This document shows, one piece after another, positions 17,720 to 26,515 of a DNA stretch of 32,000 bases. The notes under the pieces were generated by a model. It did no database searches. It had not been told where the DNA came from and saw only the letters and a list, made by a program, of their open reading frames with translations. The position numbers and the translations under genes are program-made. Within the stretch, counting starts at the first letter, position 1; every line of letters begins with the position of its first letter. The stretch covers positions 660,001-692,000 of the forward strand of contig CP095464.1 of NCBI GenBank assembly GCA_021294815.2, in the 5' to 3' direction. The DNA comes from Verrucomicrobiota bacterium (GTDB taxonomy: Bacteria; Verrucomicrobiota; Verrucomicrobiia; Opitutales; LL51).

Positions 17720-19384
17720 ATGGAAACCATAGAACGTAGTGTAGTCCGCGTCGCTCTCGATGTGTTGTCATTCGATGCGCCGAAAGATGTTATCCGAAAG
17801 CAACTTGTACAATTTTGGCGCTGTAATGATCTCGAATTCCAAATTGGAATTTTTCGCAATGAGATGCCAGTCGATGTCCGTGATTGGGATGCCATCTATC
17901 TCTCGATTCGAGAACTCGACCAGGGCAATCCGCCATCGGGAGGTTCGCCAACATTGATGCTAGGTTCGACGCAATATCTGGATTCTACCGTGACGCTTGA
18001 GACGTGGCAAAGCGGAGCACAACAACACGCAGTTATTACGTTTTCCTCAGAGGGAAACGCCCTCGAGGCGGGAGAGTATTGGTTGAGTCTGTGGGCTGTA
18101 ACGACAGCACAGAGGACTGTCACATTGGGCTCGGGAGTGTGTAAAATTCTTGAAAATGGTGGCGTTTCAACAACACCGCCAGAGCCCAAAGATGTCTATT
18201 ACACCGCCGAGGTTTGTGACCAGCGATTTGCATTTAAAGGCGAAGGCGGTGAAGGGGGAACAACAGTCGTTTCAGGCCTTCAACAGAAAGACCTCGATCG
18301 GGCACTTAAGGATTACTATACCGCTACCGTCTGCGATCAACGGTTTTCGCGCAAGAGCGAGGTTGGTCCGAGTTCGGGATTACAACAAAGCGATCTCGAT
18401 ACTGCGCTGCGGAATTACTACCTAAAAACGGAGATCGATACCCAGTTGTCTTCTTATGCCAAGCACAGCGCCCTGGACAACTATTACACCGTGGCAGCCT
18501 GTGACGCCAAATTCCAAAATTATTATTCGAAAAGCGAAATTACGACACAATTTGTACCCTATGCCAAAACTTCCGATATTGCGAAACAGCTCAATCTTTA
18601 TGCAACGCAGGATCAATTAACAACGCAGCTGCAAAATTACTATACGTCTACGGAGTGTGAAGAGCGATTTGAGTTGAAAGGAGAGGGTGGAGGCGGCGGT
18701 GAAATCAGTCCAAAAGAGAAGGGAAGTTTACTTCTTGGCGACGGCGAACAGGCGGTAATTCTCCCCGCGGGAACAGTGCAGCAGGTTCTTGTTGCGGACC
18801 CGACAAAAACACTCGGTGCAGCATGGACAGATTACCCCTGGCATCGCATCAGTGAGTACCAAATAACCGATGCCGTTCCCAATCTCGTCTTCGAAAATAA
18901 TTTTGATTTCGGACGTTGGTGGCACTACCGGCTCGATTTCGATTTTTTAGAGACATCAATCGTTGGAACTCAAGTGCGGATGCAGTACGGGTACGATCAA
19001 AACGGCAGTACAATCTGGGAAAACAACATCAATGAGTACTGCTTTAGCACGGCCGATTTCGCCGGAAGCGCTGGCCGATATGCCGCCTACACCTTCCTGT
19101 ACGGCTATTTTGGCTTCGGTAATGAGGAAAAGTTTTACCGCAACGATGGAGGTTACATTCACGGTAGTGTCGATTTTTGGAATGATGGAAATGCCGCACA
19201 TCGCGTCTACGCCCAAGCACGCACCAATAGTTTCCGTATCGCCAATGACACACCAGTGGCGACTGGAGGTATTTACAATTTTGTCTATTACAACGTGGGT
19301 GCTCACGTCATCAGTGCGTTTAAATTGATGCCGGCGGAAGGAACGTTCAAAATGGGGAGGTTCGCGCTCTATGGAATTCGCTGA
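17720..19384 (+). CDS. Tail fibre / receptor-binding-like protein with internal repeats
   Basis: 554 aa from ATG 17720. The central region carries repeated GLQQxDLDxAL-xYYTxxxC[DE]xxF and NYY[ST]K[ST]EI[DT]TQ motifs with Gly runs (GEGGEGG, GEGGGGG). The C-terminal GSLLLGDGEQAVILPAGTVQQVLVADPTKTLGAAW is a motif I associate with phage fibre heads. Confidence 0.65.
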   Translation: METIERSVVRVALDVLSFDAPKDVIRKQLVQFWRCNDLEFQIGIFRNEMPVDVRDWDAIYLSIRELDQGNPPSGGSPTLMLGSTQYLDSTVTLETWQSGAQQHAVITFSSEGNALEAGEYWLSLWAVTTAQRTVTLGSGVCKILENGGVSTTPPEPKDVYYTAEVCDQRFAFKGEGGEGGTTVVSGLQQKDLDRALKDYYTATVCDQRFSRKSEVGPSSGLQQSDLDTALRNYYLKTEIDTQLSSYAKHSALDNYYTVAACDAKFQNYYSKSEITTQFVPYAKTSDIAKQLNLYATQDQLTTQLQNYYTSTECEERFELKGEGGGGGEISPKEKGSLLLGDGEQAVILPAGTVQQVLVADPTKTLGAAWTDYPWHRISEYQITDAVPNLVFENNFDFGRWWHYRLDFDFLETSIVGTQVRMQYGYDQNGSTIWENNINEYCFSTADFAGSAGRYAAYTFLYGYFGFGNEEKFYRNDGGYIHGSVDFWNDGNAAHRVYAQARTNSFRIANDTPVATGGIYNFVYYNVGAHVISAFKLMPAEGTFKMGRFALYGIR

Positions 19385-19385
19385 G

Positions 19386-19514
19386 ATGGAATCGTTATTG
19401 TCGCATCTCGAAGCGCTTGTAGAGGAATTACAGGAACGTTTGAATGCCTTGGATAATGTCGTGGATGCGGAAATGGAGTCCTTGCAGCTTCAAATCGATA
19501 ATTTGAGGAATTAA
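19386..19514 (+). CDS. Small coiled-coil protein (42 aa), not in the ORF track
   Basis: MESLLSHLEALVEELQERLNALDNVVDAEMESLQLQIDNLRN. ATG 19386 lies 1 nt after the fibre stop, and its TAA ends 1 nt before the next ATG (19516). Confidence 0.5.
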   Translation: MESLLSHLEALVEELQERLNALDNVVDAEMESLQLQIDNLRN

Positions 19515-19515
19515 G

Positions 19516-21252
19516 ATGTGGTTTTTAACGTACCAAGGAACACGCAAGTGCTTCGAAGACTGGGGTTTGAGCGGTGTTATCCGAAAATTAAAGAACCAAT
19601 CCGTCGATATTGTTACTGTTCGTGTCGCGGGAAATACGGCCGATACTCCACTGCTCTTTTCGGCGAATGAAACCATTCAGATTGATCGCGATGGGTCGTA
19701 TTGGTTTACGGGGATTGTGACGAAAACGCCGGTGTATGGTAGCGCTCAGGAGGGTTATCAAGAATACACTTTTTCAGGACCTTGGTGGTATCTCGATCAC
19801 ATCATTTATCAACAGACCTGGAAGGAGGCCGATCTTGAAGATCCGGAAAAACTCAATGATATCCGAAAAAGCCGACTGATTTTAGGGCAGGATCATAAAG
19901 GAAATCCGATGACAATCGGTGCCCAAATTGCAGAGATTATCGACTATGTGAATCAGGTTTTTGCTCTTCCCGTTATGGCGCTATCCAGTGAGCTCGACCT
20001 GCCCGTCTATATTCCTTTCGATGAATGCCACGACCTCTCTTGTGCGGAGGCGATCAAACGTTTGTTACGTTGGGTACCTGATGTGATCGCATTTTTCGAT
20101 TATTCGGAAGCGGTACCCATATTGCATTTTCGCCGTCGAGCGCAATTGCCCCCTGTGTCGCTAGATATCGAGGAACTACACGCGTTCCAGCTGACGCCCC
20201 GTTACGATTTACAGATCCCAGCCGTTGTTTTGAAGTTTGAAAAGACGCATCGCAACAATGGCCAATCATGGAAAACGCTTGATGTCCAAAAATACCCGGC
20301 GTCAGCGACGGGGTGTGAACCGCAGGCACTTGTAATGACAATTGCGTTGGAGGGGGCCGAGTCGACCTATATCCGCCAAGAAGTTGAAACAGAGCCAATC
20401 CAAATGAGTAGCGCGACATGGTGGAAAAAACATCTTCCCGGATTACAAGCGGTCGACAATCTCCGTATCGAAGAGCCCACGCGCGAAGGTTCGTTGCCCA
20501 ATGAACTCATTTCGGGTTCAGTCGCGAATTGGATGAATTGCCAGGTTCATCGGGAGACCGTAACTGCTAAAGTTTCTTACGAAACGGAAGACGAGGCGGT
20601 TTCGCGTCGTTTGGTGGCGGTGAAAATTAATGCAACTGATGCGACGAGTAAGACTTACCGCAGCCTGGTTTCTTTTACCGGCGAAGAAACTGTGCCGGAT
20701 CAATTGGCGGAACAGGTTTATCAAGGCGTTTCGGTTTTACACTATGAAGGGAAGATCGTCTTGACACAGCCTGAGGTCGGAGGCGATTTTTTAGGCAAAA
20801 CCATCAACTTAACCCACGGTCGCACAGAATGGGAATCGATGAATGCCGTGGTACAAAGCGTCGCCGAATCGGTGGATACCGGGACGACAACCATCATATT
20901 GGGCCCGGCGAAACACCTCGGCCCTAACGATCTATCGGAGCTTACGAAGTCGAACCGCCGGCGTACGCGAAGCCGTAATTTTCATACCCGAAGCACGGGA
21001 GAGGCGAGTGGGAGTGCCTGTGTCGAACAAGGGCGGTTTGGACATGTCGAGAACTCGGCTTACGGTTCCGGATGTTGGCAAAAAATGACCTTTAGCGATA
21101 CCGAAAATGTAGAGCGTAAGATCATCATTGATGCCAGTGAGCTTGAAAAAGACGTTGTTGTACGGCTGCGCGAGGAAGACGTTAGTGACTCCGGTGTTTT
21201 GAAAAAACGTTACTCGCTCGCGAGTGATCCCTTTGTGGCAACAGAATCATGA
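19516..21252 (+). CDS. Large tail/hub-like structural protein
   Basis: 578 aa. The N-terminal pattern (ETIQIDRDGSYWFTGIVTKTPVYGSAQEGYQEYTFSGPWWYLDHIIY) resembles hub or gpD-like tail proteins. The assignment is weak. Confidence 0.45.
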   Translation: MWFLTYQGTRKCFEDWGLSGVIRKLKNQSVDIVTVRVAGNTADTPLLFSANETIQIDRDGSYWFTGIVTKTPVYGSAQEGYQEYTFSGPWWYLDHIIYQQTWKEADLEDPEKLNDIRKSRLILGQDHKGNPMTIGAQIAEIIDYVNQVFALPVMALSSELDLPVYIPFDECHDLSCAEAIKRLLRWVPDVIAFFDYSEAVPILHFRRRAQLPPVSLDIEELHAFQLTPRYDLQIPAVVLKFEKTHRNNGQSWKTLDVQKYPASATGCEPQALVMTIALEGAESTYIRQEVETEPIQMSSATWWKKHLPGLQAVDNLRIEEPTREGSLPNELISGSVANWMNCQVHRETVTAKVSYETEDEAVSRRLVAVKINATDATSKTYRSLVSFTGEETVPDQLAEQVYQGVSVLHYEGKIVLTQPEVGGDFLGKTINLTHGRTEWESMNAVVQSVAESVDTGTTTIILGPAKHLGPNDLSELTKSNRRRTRSRNFHTRSTGEASGSACVEQGRFGHVENSAYGSGCWQKMTFSDTENVERKIIIDASELEKDVVVRLREEDVSDSGVLKKRYSLASDPFVATES

Positions 21253-21857
21253 CGCGCTTTACGCCCTTTCTCTGCCGCGTCACCCCGTACGGTACGCCTT
21301 TTTTTGTTCCACTCGTAACCAATGACGGCATCACATCGATTTTAAGCGGGTTGGATGCAGATTCGCTTTGCCGTTGCTATTGGCTTTTAGAACGCGTCGA
21401 TATCCGTTACCAAATGACATTTAGTGGATCAATTATTTTAGAAAACGAACTCTCGATCGGTGGCATGTACGCAACACCGCCCATTCGGCGGCTTCTTGGC
21501 ATTCCCGAGCTCAATGCTTCGATGATTCATGCACTTTATGGTGTGTATTCAGAAGGAAAAATCGATTTCTCGACAGTTTACGCACAAGCGGACCAACAAT
21601 ACGCCGTGCGCTTTGATTTTACCGTCTGTAACGCTGATGAACCCAAAGAGGAGAGCAATTTTCTGCTCTCATTCTACCGCAGTGCGGGGGCGAGTGATCG
21701 ACGTAACCGCTGCAAGACGCGTAACTTCAGCTTTTTGGGGAAAACGTATACCGCCTACCTCAACTATAACAGTTCTGTTTGGGCCGATACTGATATCTCA
21801 CTAGACAGTTTTTCGCTCCAAACGGTCTTTTTTGAGAATCCGCAAGAAGCGAGTTAA
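21249..21857 (+). CDS. Phage-associated hypothetical protein
   Basis: 202 aa. An ATGA start/stop overlap with the upstream gene suggests translational coupling. Confidence 0.5.
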   Translation: MTRFTPFLCRVTPYGTPFFVPLVTNDGITSILSGLDADSLCRCYWLLERVDIRYQMTFSGSIILENELSIGGMYATPPIRRLLGIPELNASMIHALYGVYSEGKIDFSTVYAQADQQYAVRFDFTVCNADEPKEESNFLLSFYRSAGASDRRNRCKTRNFSFLGKTYTAYLNYNSSVWADTDISLDSFSLQTVFFENPQEAS

Positions 21858-21861
21858 GAAA

Positions 21862-22701
21862 TTAGATCTCCAGTCTCATTGCGGGATGTTTTACCTTTAC
21901 GTCGGCATTGATCGGGAGCTGATCGATATTCCGCATCCAAGCGACTTCAATTTGCGCTTTTTCCTTAGTTTCCTTGTGGAGTTTTTCCGCATTCGGCGCG
22001 TGGCTATTTTTACCATCTTTGTCGGTGATGACAATGTCTTGGGTGTGTCCATCGACAATTAAACGGAGCGCACAATAATCTGGCTGACGTGCGAGACTGT
22101 AGCGCTTACGGACATCGCCGGGAATAAAGAAGTATACCGAGGCCAATTCGTTGTTTTTGAGACAGATACAGGTGCATTCGGAGCGCATGAGCAACATCCT
22201 TCCTGAAGGAAGACACCCATTGAATCCAACATAGAGGCGTATTTTACAATTGTCGGCCCATTCCTGACCCTTAACAAGGGCTTGTGGTTTGAGATCAATA
22301 CGGACCTGTCCCCATTTCTTCATTGCGATCATGAGCCGACTCGTATCAAACTTGACGCGTTCGATATCGATTCTCGACGTCGCCTGAAAGTTGCTCGGCT
22401 TTTGAGCATCCGGTAAAATATTGGCGTCGACGAGCTCTTTTTTTGCCTGCTCTGTAGGTCCCGATAACATTTGCGACATTTCGCTCACTAGTGCCTTATG
22501 TTCTGCTGGAAGAGCTTCGGGCTGTGGTAGGATTTTAACCGCTTGAGCGTCAATCTGAGAATCCGATTTAGCCTCGTGAACGACTACCGTATTTGTTTCC
22601 GTTTGTAGTTGGTTTTCGGGATTTTCGACTCCATAAAGCGCACACGGGGCGCAGATGCACAAAAATTGGAGACAACGGCCAAAAAAATGGGTTTCGTTCA
22701 T
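21862..22701 (-). CDS. Secreted hypothetical protein
   Basis: 279 aa with a hydrophobic, Cys-rich N-terminus (GRCLQFLCICAPCALYG). It is convergent with the phage module, and its stop lies 4 nt from the module's last stop. Confidence 0.55.
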   Translation of the reverse strand: MNETHFFGRCLQFLCICAPCALYGVENPENQLQTETNTVVVHEAKSDSQIDAQAVKILPQPEALPAEHKALVSEMSQMLSGPTEQAKKELVDANILPDAQKPSNFQATSRIDIERVKFDTSRLMIAMKKWGQVRIDLKPQALVKGQEWADNCKIRLYVGFNGCLPSGRMLLMRSECTCICLKNNELASVYFFIPGDVRKRYSLARQPDYCALRLIVDGHTQDIVITDKDGKNSHAPNAEKLHKETKEKAQIEVAWMRNIDQLPINADVKVKHPAMRLEI

Positions 22702-22754
22702 ACGATGGAGATTTTAAAAAAATAATGATTTACTTCAAGTAATTTTTACATAGC

Positions 22755-23000
22755 ATGAACAGCATGTCGAGGTTGAGTGAAGTAAAGCAATCTAATGCAA
22801 CTTCATATGCAGATATGAAGGCCCAAGAGGTAAAAAAAGTTGGCATTCCACCTTTACGCCAAGAGATGGAGATGTCACCACTCGAACGCGCACAAACCAA
22901 GGATCAGGACTTTTTTACCATTAATCATCCGGCCGCGCTACAGTTAGATGCCAATGTCGCGGCAAAGCAGTTGATCGGCCTTGACGGGTTACCGGAATAG
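22755..23000 (+). CDS. Small hypothetical protein
   Basis: 81-aa ORF in an otherwise empty gap. No motif recognised. Confidence 0.3.
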   Translation: MNSMSRLSEVKQSNATSYADMKAQEVKKVGIPPLRQEMEMSPLERAQTKDQDFFTINHPAALQLDANVAAKQLIGLDGLPE

Positions 23001-23051
23001 GCGCTTTAATTGCGCATTGCATTTACGAAAGATCCAACATAGTTGGGGTAC

Positions 23052-24173
23052 ATGTACGAAATCGTCGAGCACGAGGAGCTCCACATTTTTGAAGATCTTT
23101 CTGTGGTCCATGTGTGCTGTTCCGGAATGTGGGCACTGCGCAGTCACGTCGAGGATTTACAGGAACTCGGCGATTTAAAATCCGTCAAACAAATCATTCT
23201 GGATGCCGACAAGATGGTAAAATTGAGTTCGGCGTTTTTGATATTTTTACAGCATCTTCAGCAATTGTCGCAAAAAGCCAAAATCCCATTGGTGACAACA
23301 AATCTGCCGAGTGGGGCGCAAAAGATTTTTAATCTTCAGCAGGCGCAATTACCGCAGCAGGCGAAAAAGCCAATGCCAGATAATTTTTTTTACCAGGTAG
23401 GCGTAGAGGTCATGGCGCAGAGCCGAACGTTTTACCAAGCGCTAAAGTTTTTCGGCCAGGTTCTAACCGCTATCAGCCGTGCGGTGGTCCGTCCCTCACT
23501 CCGTATCTGGGCACGTGTGATCCCATTTTTCCAGTCAACGGGTGTTGAAGCGCTGCCGGTCGTAACGCTGATCAGTGCACTTGTGGGGTTGATTATGGCG
23601 TTTGTGAGCGTCGTGCAGCTTGAGCGCTTTGGGGCGAGCATCTATGTTGCAGATCTCGTTGCCCTAGCGATGACGCGTGAAATGGGGTGCTTGATGATCG
23701 GTGTGATTATCGCTGGCCGAACGGGGGCCGCTTTTGCCGCAACCATTGGGAGTATGCAAGTCAACGAGGAGCTCGATGCGCTGCAGACCTTTGGTATCGA
23801 TCGGATTTCTTACCTCGTGTTACCGCGAGTTGTCGCTTTGGCCCTGATGATGCCGTTACTTTGCATTTTTGCAGATGTGATTGGGATCTTAGGTGGGATG
23901 TTTTCGGCGCTACCGTTTATTCCCGGAAGCATGACACAGTACCTGGCGGAGACAAAAAAGGCCCTCGGCATGGGCGACATTTTGTTAGGCTTGATTAAGA
24001 GTTTCTGTTTTGGGGGAATTATTGCCGGAATTGGTTGTTTCCAAGGTGCATGTTGTGGGCGTAATGCGACGGCAGTCGGACAGGCTTCGACGACAGCCGT
24101 TGTTCAAGGAATTACCTGGATTATTATTGCCGATGCGATCTTTGCCTTAATAACGACAGCGTTAGGGATTTAA
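23052..24173 (+). CDS. mlaE: MlaE/YrbE-family ABC permease with an N-terminal STAS-like extension
   Basis: The C-terminal ~260 aa are typical MlaE (GVEALPVVTLISALVGLIMAFVSVVQLERFGASIYVADLVALAMTREMGCLMIGVIIAGRTGAAFAATIGSMQVNEELDALQTFGIDRISYLVLPRV). The N-terminal ~110 aa look like a STAS/MlaB-type domain. ATG 23052 is preferred over TTG 23043. Confidence 0.85.
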   Translation: MYEIVEHEELHIFEDLSVVHVCCSGMWALRSHVEDLQELGDLKSVKQIILDADKMVKLSSAFLIFLQHLQQLSQKAKIPLVTTNLPSGAQKIFNLQQAQLPQQAKKPMPDNFFYQVGVEVMAQSRTFYQALKFFGQVLTAISRAVVRPSLRIWARVIPFFQSTGVEALPVVTLISALVGLIMAFVSVVQLERFGASIYVADLVALAMTREMGCLMIGVIIAGRTGAAFAATIGSMQVNEELDALQTFGIDRISYLVLPRVVALALMMPLLCIFADVIGILGGMFSALPFIPGSMTQYLAETKKALGMGDILLGLIKSFCFGGIIAGIGCFQGACCGRNATAVGQASTTAVVQGITWIIIADAIFALITTALGI

Positions 24174-24853
24174 CAGACGATCAAGGTGTGGTCGCATAGC
24201 CGGTATGACTGATCCAGCAGTTGTGTGAAAGCCAGGTTGTGGGTAACCAGCAGTAGTGCCGCATGGTTTTCTCTGCAGAGGTCGCGAAGCAGTGCAATGA
24301 CGTTTCGCGCGTTGGCCTCATCGAGGTTTCCCGTTGGTTCATCGGCAATTAATATCTGAGGATTAGTAATGAGCGCTCGAGCGATGGCAGTACGTTGGCG
24401 TTCTCCGCCAGAAAGATATTCAGGGATTTGGTTTGCGCAATGTGCGATTCCCAGCTGCTCAAGAAGTTGTTGGCTCCGGATTTTATCGGCCTTTTCAATT
24501 GGATTTTTGAGAATACGCAGGGCAAAAAGTACATTTTCCAAAACTGTGAGCTCGGGAATAAGGTTCGCGCTTTGAAAAACGAAACTCATAAATCCACGCC
24601 GTAAAACCGCTTTTTGATTGATGGAATCGCGATCAATTGGGCGATTTTTCCAAAAAATATGACCGCTCGAGGGGCGTTCAAGCCCACCGATGAGATGAAG
24701 TAATGTTGATTTTCCCGATCCCGACTCACCTGTAATGCTCACGGAAATTTCAGGTACAATCTTCAACGAGACAGACTGCAACACCGTGAAACTTCCCTTC
24801 CCCTGAAAGGGGAATTGTTTTGAGACATCTCGAAGTTCAACAAGGGCGTCCAC
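24170..24853 (-). CDS. ABC transporter ATP-binding protein (LolD/MacB/FtsE-like)
   Basis: Walker A GESGSGKST, signature LSGGERQR, Walker B ILIADEPTGNLD. I set the start at GTG 24853 because the tracked ATG (24892) would overlap tRNA-Gln. Confidence 0.88.
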   Translation of the reverse strand: MDALVELRDVSKQFPFQGKGSFTVLQSVSLKIVPEISVSITGESGSGKSTLLHLIGGLERPSSGHIFWKNRPIDRDSINQKAVLRRGFMSFVFQSANLIPELTVLENVLFALRILKNPIEKADKIRSQQLLEQLGIAHCANQIPEYLSGGERQRTAIARALITNPQILIADEPTGNLDEANARNVIALLRDLCRENHAALLLVTHNLAFTQLLDQSYRLCDHTLIVC

Positions 24854-24860
24854 GCAAAAG

Positions 24861-24934
24861 TGGCTGCTTGACCAGGATTCGAACCTAGACAAACTGAACC
24901 AAAATCAGTTGTGCTACCATTACACCATCAAGCA
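24861..24934 (-). tRNA. tRNA-Gln (anticodon TTG), CCA encoded
   Basis: The reverse complement folds as acceptor TGCTTGA/TCAAGCA, D-stem GTGT/GCAC, anticodon stem ACTGA/TCAGT with loop TTTTGGT, T-stem CTAGG/CCTGG with TTCGAAT, then G-CCA. Confidence 0.9.
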
Positions 24935-24986
24935 ACGACTTCCCAGCAGAAGAAAAACCTCTGCCAAAGCAAGCTCGGAATTTGCT

Positions 24987-26402
24987 CTAGTATCGTTGTT
25001 GTTGTGTCGGCATTTCAAAAGGATCTTCTTTGAGCCAATCGGCGTCCCATTTAATGAATCTATTTTCTTTTGGCACTTCCGGAAGCTTGGGATGACGGTT
25101 GATCCGATACCTTTCCTCTTCCGGACGTGTTGTGTCGTTCCAGTCGGACAGGGCAAGGTCTTGTAACTTTTCTAGAATTTCTATCGCGGAAGGACGATTG
25201 TCAGGGTTAGGGTCGAGGATACCGATAACAATATTTTTGATTTCATTGAGAACAGGTTCAGGATAAGCATTATGTGCTTCCCCGTTTTCTCTCATTTCTT
25301 CGTTTAGAGAGTCGATTATTCCTCCTATAAACTTCGACCGCGATCCATCGGTATCATTTAGAAAATTTGGATCTCGCATCTTTTCCACATAATGGGAAGG
25401 TTTGGGTGACAAACCGCCTGTTTTTTCCCAAAAGTTGGCTTTGTCTTGTTCGTAGCCCCGTTTACCAAACAAACAAGTCAGGATAACATTCGAAGAGCAA
25501 TAGATATCGTAGGATGCTCGTGCTTGCTTATTTTGAGGAATAATTTTTTTAAATTGGAAGTAGGAACATGATTCTGGAGGGCAGTTACCGCTGCAACCAA
25601 CATCCGAGAGTCTGTTACCAAACTTAGTTAGCGAACCTAAATCTATGACCTTAAGCGCACCATCTGGCGACCAAACAACGTTTTCTGCCTTGATATCGCG
25701 ATGTATAAACTCCAGTGTGTGCAACGCAACAAGGGCCTGGCCAAAAGCAGAGAGAGCTTTAAGTACTTCTGGCAGATTCCATGGGAACCCTTGTTTGTCG
25801 TAAACCCTGCGATTTCCACCATGTGTGGATTTTTTTAAATCCATACCTGCATATTCTTGGATAATACCACCATTTTCTGTTTTTCCAACAACTGGGACAA
25901 TGGCCCCAAGTCCTAGGAGTAAGCCGTAAAGATTATTCCCTTTATAAGCTTTGATGAATGTATTCGCACTCTCCGCTAATTGCTCGATTTTTTGTGCTTC
26001 ATCTTGTAAAATGTTTTCCAAATAAGAATCACCCTCTTCTACTGGAAATTTGATGATGAACGGCGGATTGTTGTTACTCTCTTGGTTGTTCTCATATGCT
26101 GTTGCGGCTTGGGCAAATCCTCCTTTTCCAATAATTTTGCCTAAAAAAATCTTTTGACATTCTGTAAGGTGCCTTCCTTGTATTAAATCTCTAATGAAAT
26201 TTGCGTTGATTTTGGCATTTGGCTGTATTAAGTCACTCAAGCTGGAGGCTTTTGTTACCTGATAGTGGATGGTCTGTGACTGTGCGTTGTTGTGTATACC
26301 GCTGCTTGGCATAGTATTATCATCTGCAAACACTCCGGGACAGAATGCGCTCAAAACAGAGAACATTATTATCTTTGCCTTTAATTTATTGTTCTTTCCC
26401 AT
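24987..26402 (-). CDS. Signal-peptide-bearing eukaryotic-like Ser/Thr protein kinase (K1)
   Basis: 471 aa. Signal-like KIIMFSVLSAFCPGVFA, Gly loop GKGGFAQA, FIIKF Lys, HRDIKAEN, DLG in place of DFG, SYDIYCSS and DPNPDNRPSA. Confidence 0.85.
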   Translation of the reverse strand: MGKNNKLKAKIIMFSVLSAFCPGVFADDNTMPSSGIHNNAQSQTIHYQVTKASSLSDLIQPNAKINANFIRDLIQGRHLTECQKIFLGKIIGKGGFAQAATAYENNQESNNNPPFIIKFPVEEGDSYLENILQDEAQKIEQLAESANTFIKAYKGNNLYGLLLGLGAIVPVVGKTENGGIIQEYAGMDLKKSTHGGNRRVYDKQGFPWNLPEVLKALSAFGQALVALHTLEFIHRDIKAENVVWSPDGALKVIDLGSLTKFGNRLSDVGCSGNCPPESCSYFQFKKIIPQNKQARASYDIYCSSNVILTCLFGKRGYEQDKANFWEKTGGLSPKPSHYVEKMRDPNFLNDTDGSRSKFIGGIIDSLNEEMRENGEAHNAYPEPVLNEIKNIVIGILDPNPDNRPSAIEILEKLQDLALSDWNDTTRPEEERYRINRHPKLPEVPKENRFIKWDADWLKEDPFEMPTQQQRY

Positions 26403-26421
26403 AACCTTTTTTATTAGAAAG

Positions 26422-26449
26422 ATTGTAGAAAGAATAAATTAAAAGTAAA
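26422..26449 (-). promoter_or_regulatory. Sigma70-like promoter candidate for K1 (TTTACT-N16-TACAAT)
   Basis: On the minus strand, the -35 TTTACT is at 26449..26444 and the -10 TACAAT at 27..22 (26427..26422). The -10 lies 19 nt upstream of the ATG. Confidence 0.4.
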
Positions 26450-26515
26450 ATTAAATTTAAAATGATTTATAAAAATGTTAAAATATTCCAGTTAATTGTT
26501 ATTTTTTCCATTTTT

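Larger units (their letters stand above)
11059..21857 (+). mobile_element. Phage-derived head/short-tail morphogenesis module (incomplete prophage or domesticated particle locus)
   Basis: 13 co-directional, mostly abutting or overlapping ORFs running from terminase to fibre/hub-like genes. No integrase, replication, lysis, tail-tube, sheath or tape-measure candidates occur in either flank within the window. Confidence 0.8.

Noticed and set aside
11220-19306. Numerous antisense or alternative-frame ORFs inside the phage module (e.g. 11220..11510-, 13305..13646-, 13758..14147-, 17530..17895-, 18956..19306-, 18963..19328+)
   Set aside because: All are nested in longer, motif-supported plus-strand genes in relatively GC-rich DNA, where long spurious ORFs are expected.
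17720-21857. Possible diversity-generating retroelement acting on the fibre C-terminus
   Set aside because: There is no reverse transcriptase ORF, and I could find no second near-identical template copy of the fibre 3' end in the window.
24854-24892. ATG-initiated extension of the ABC ATPase ORF
   Set aside because: It would overlap tRNA-Gln (24861..24934). The in-frame GTG at 24853 gives a normal-length N-terminus before the Walker A motif.
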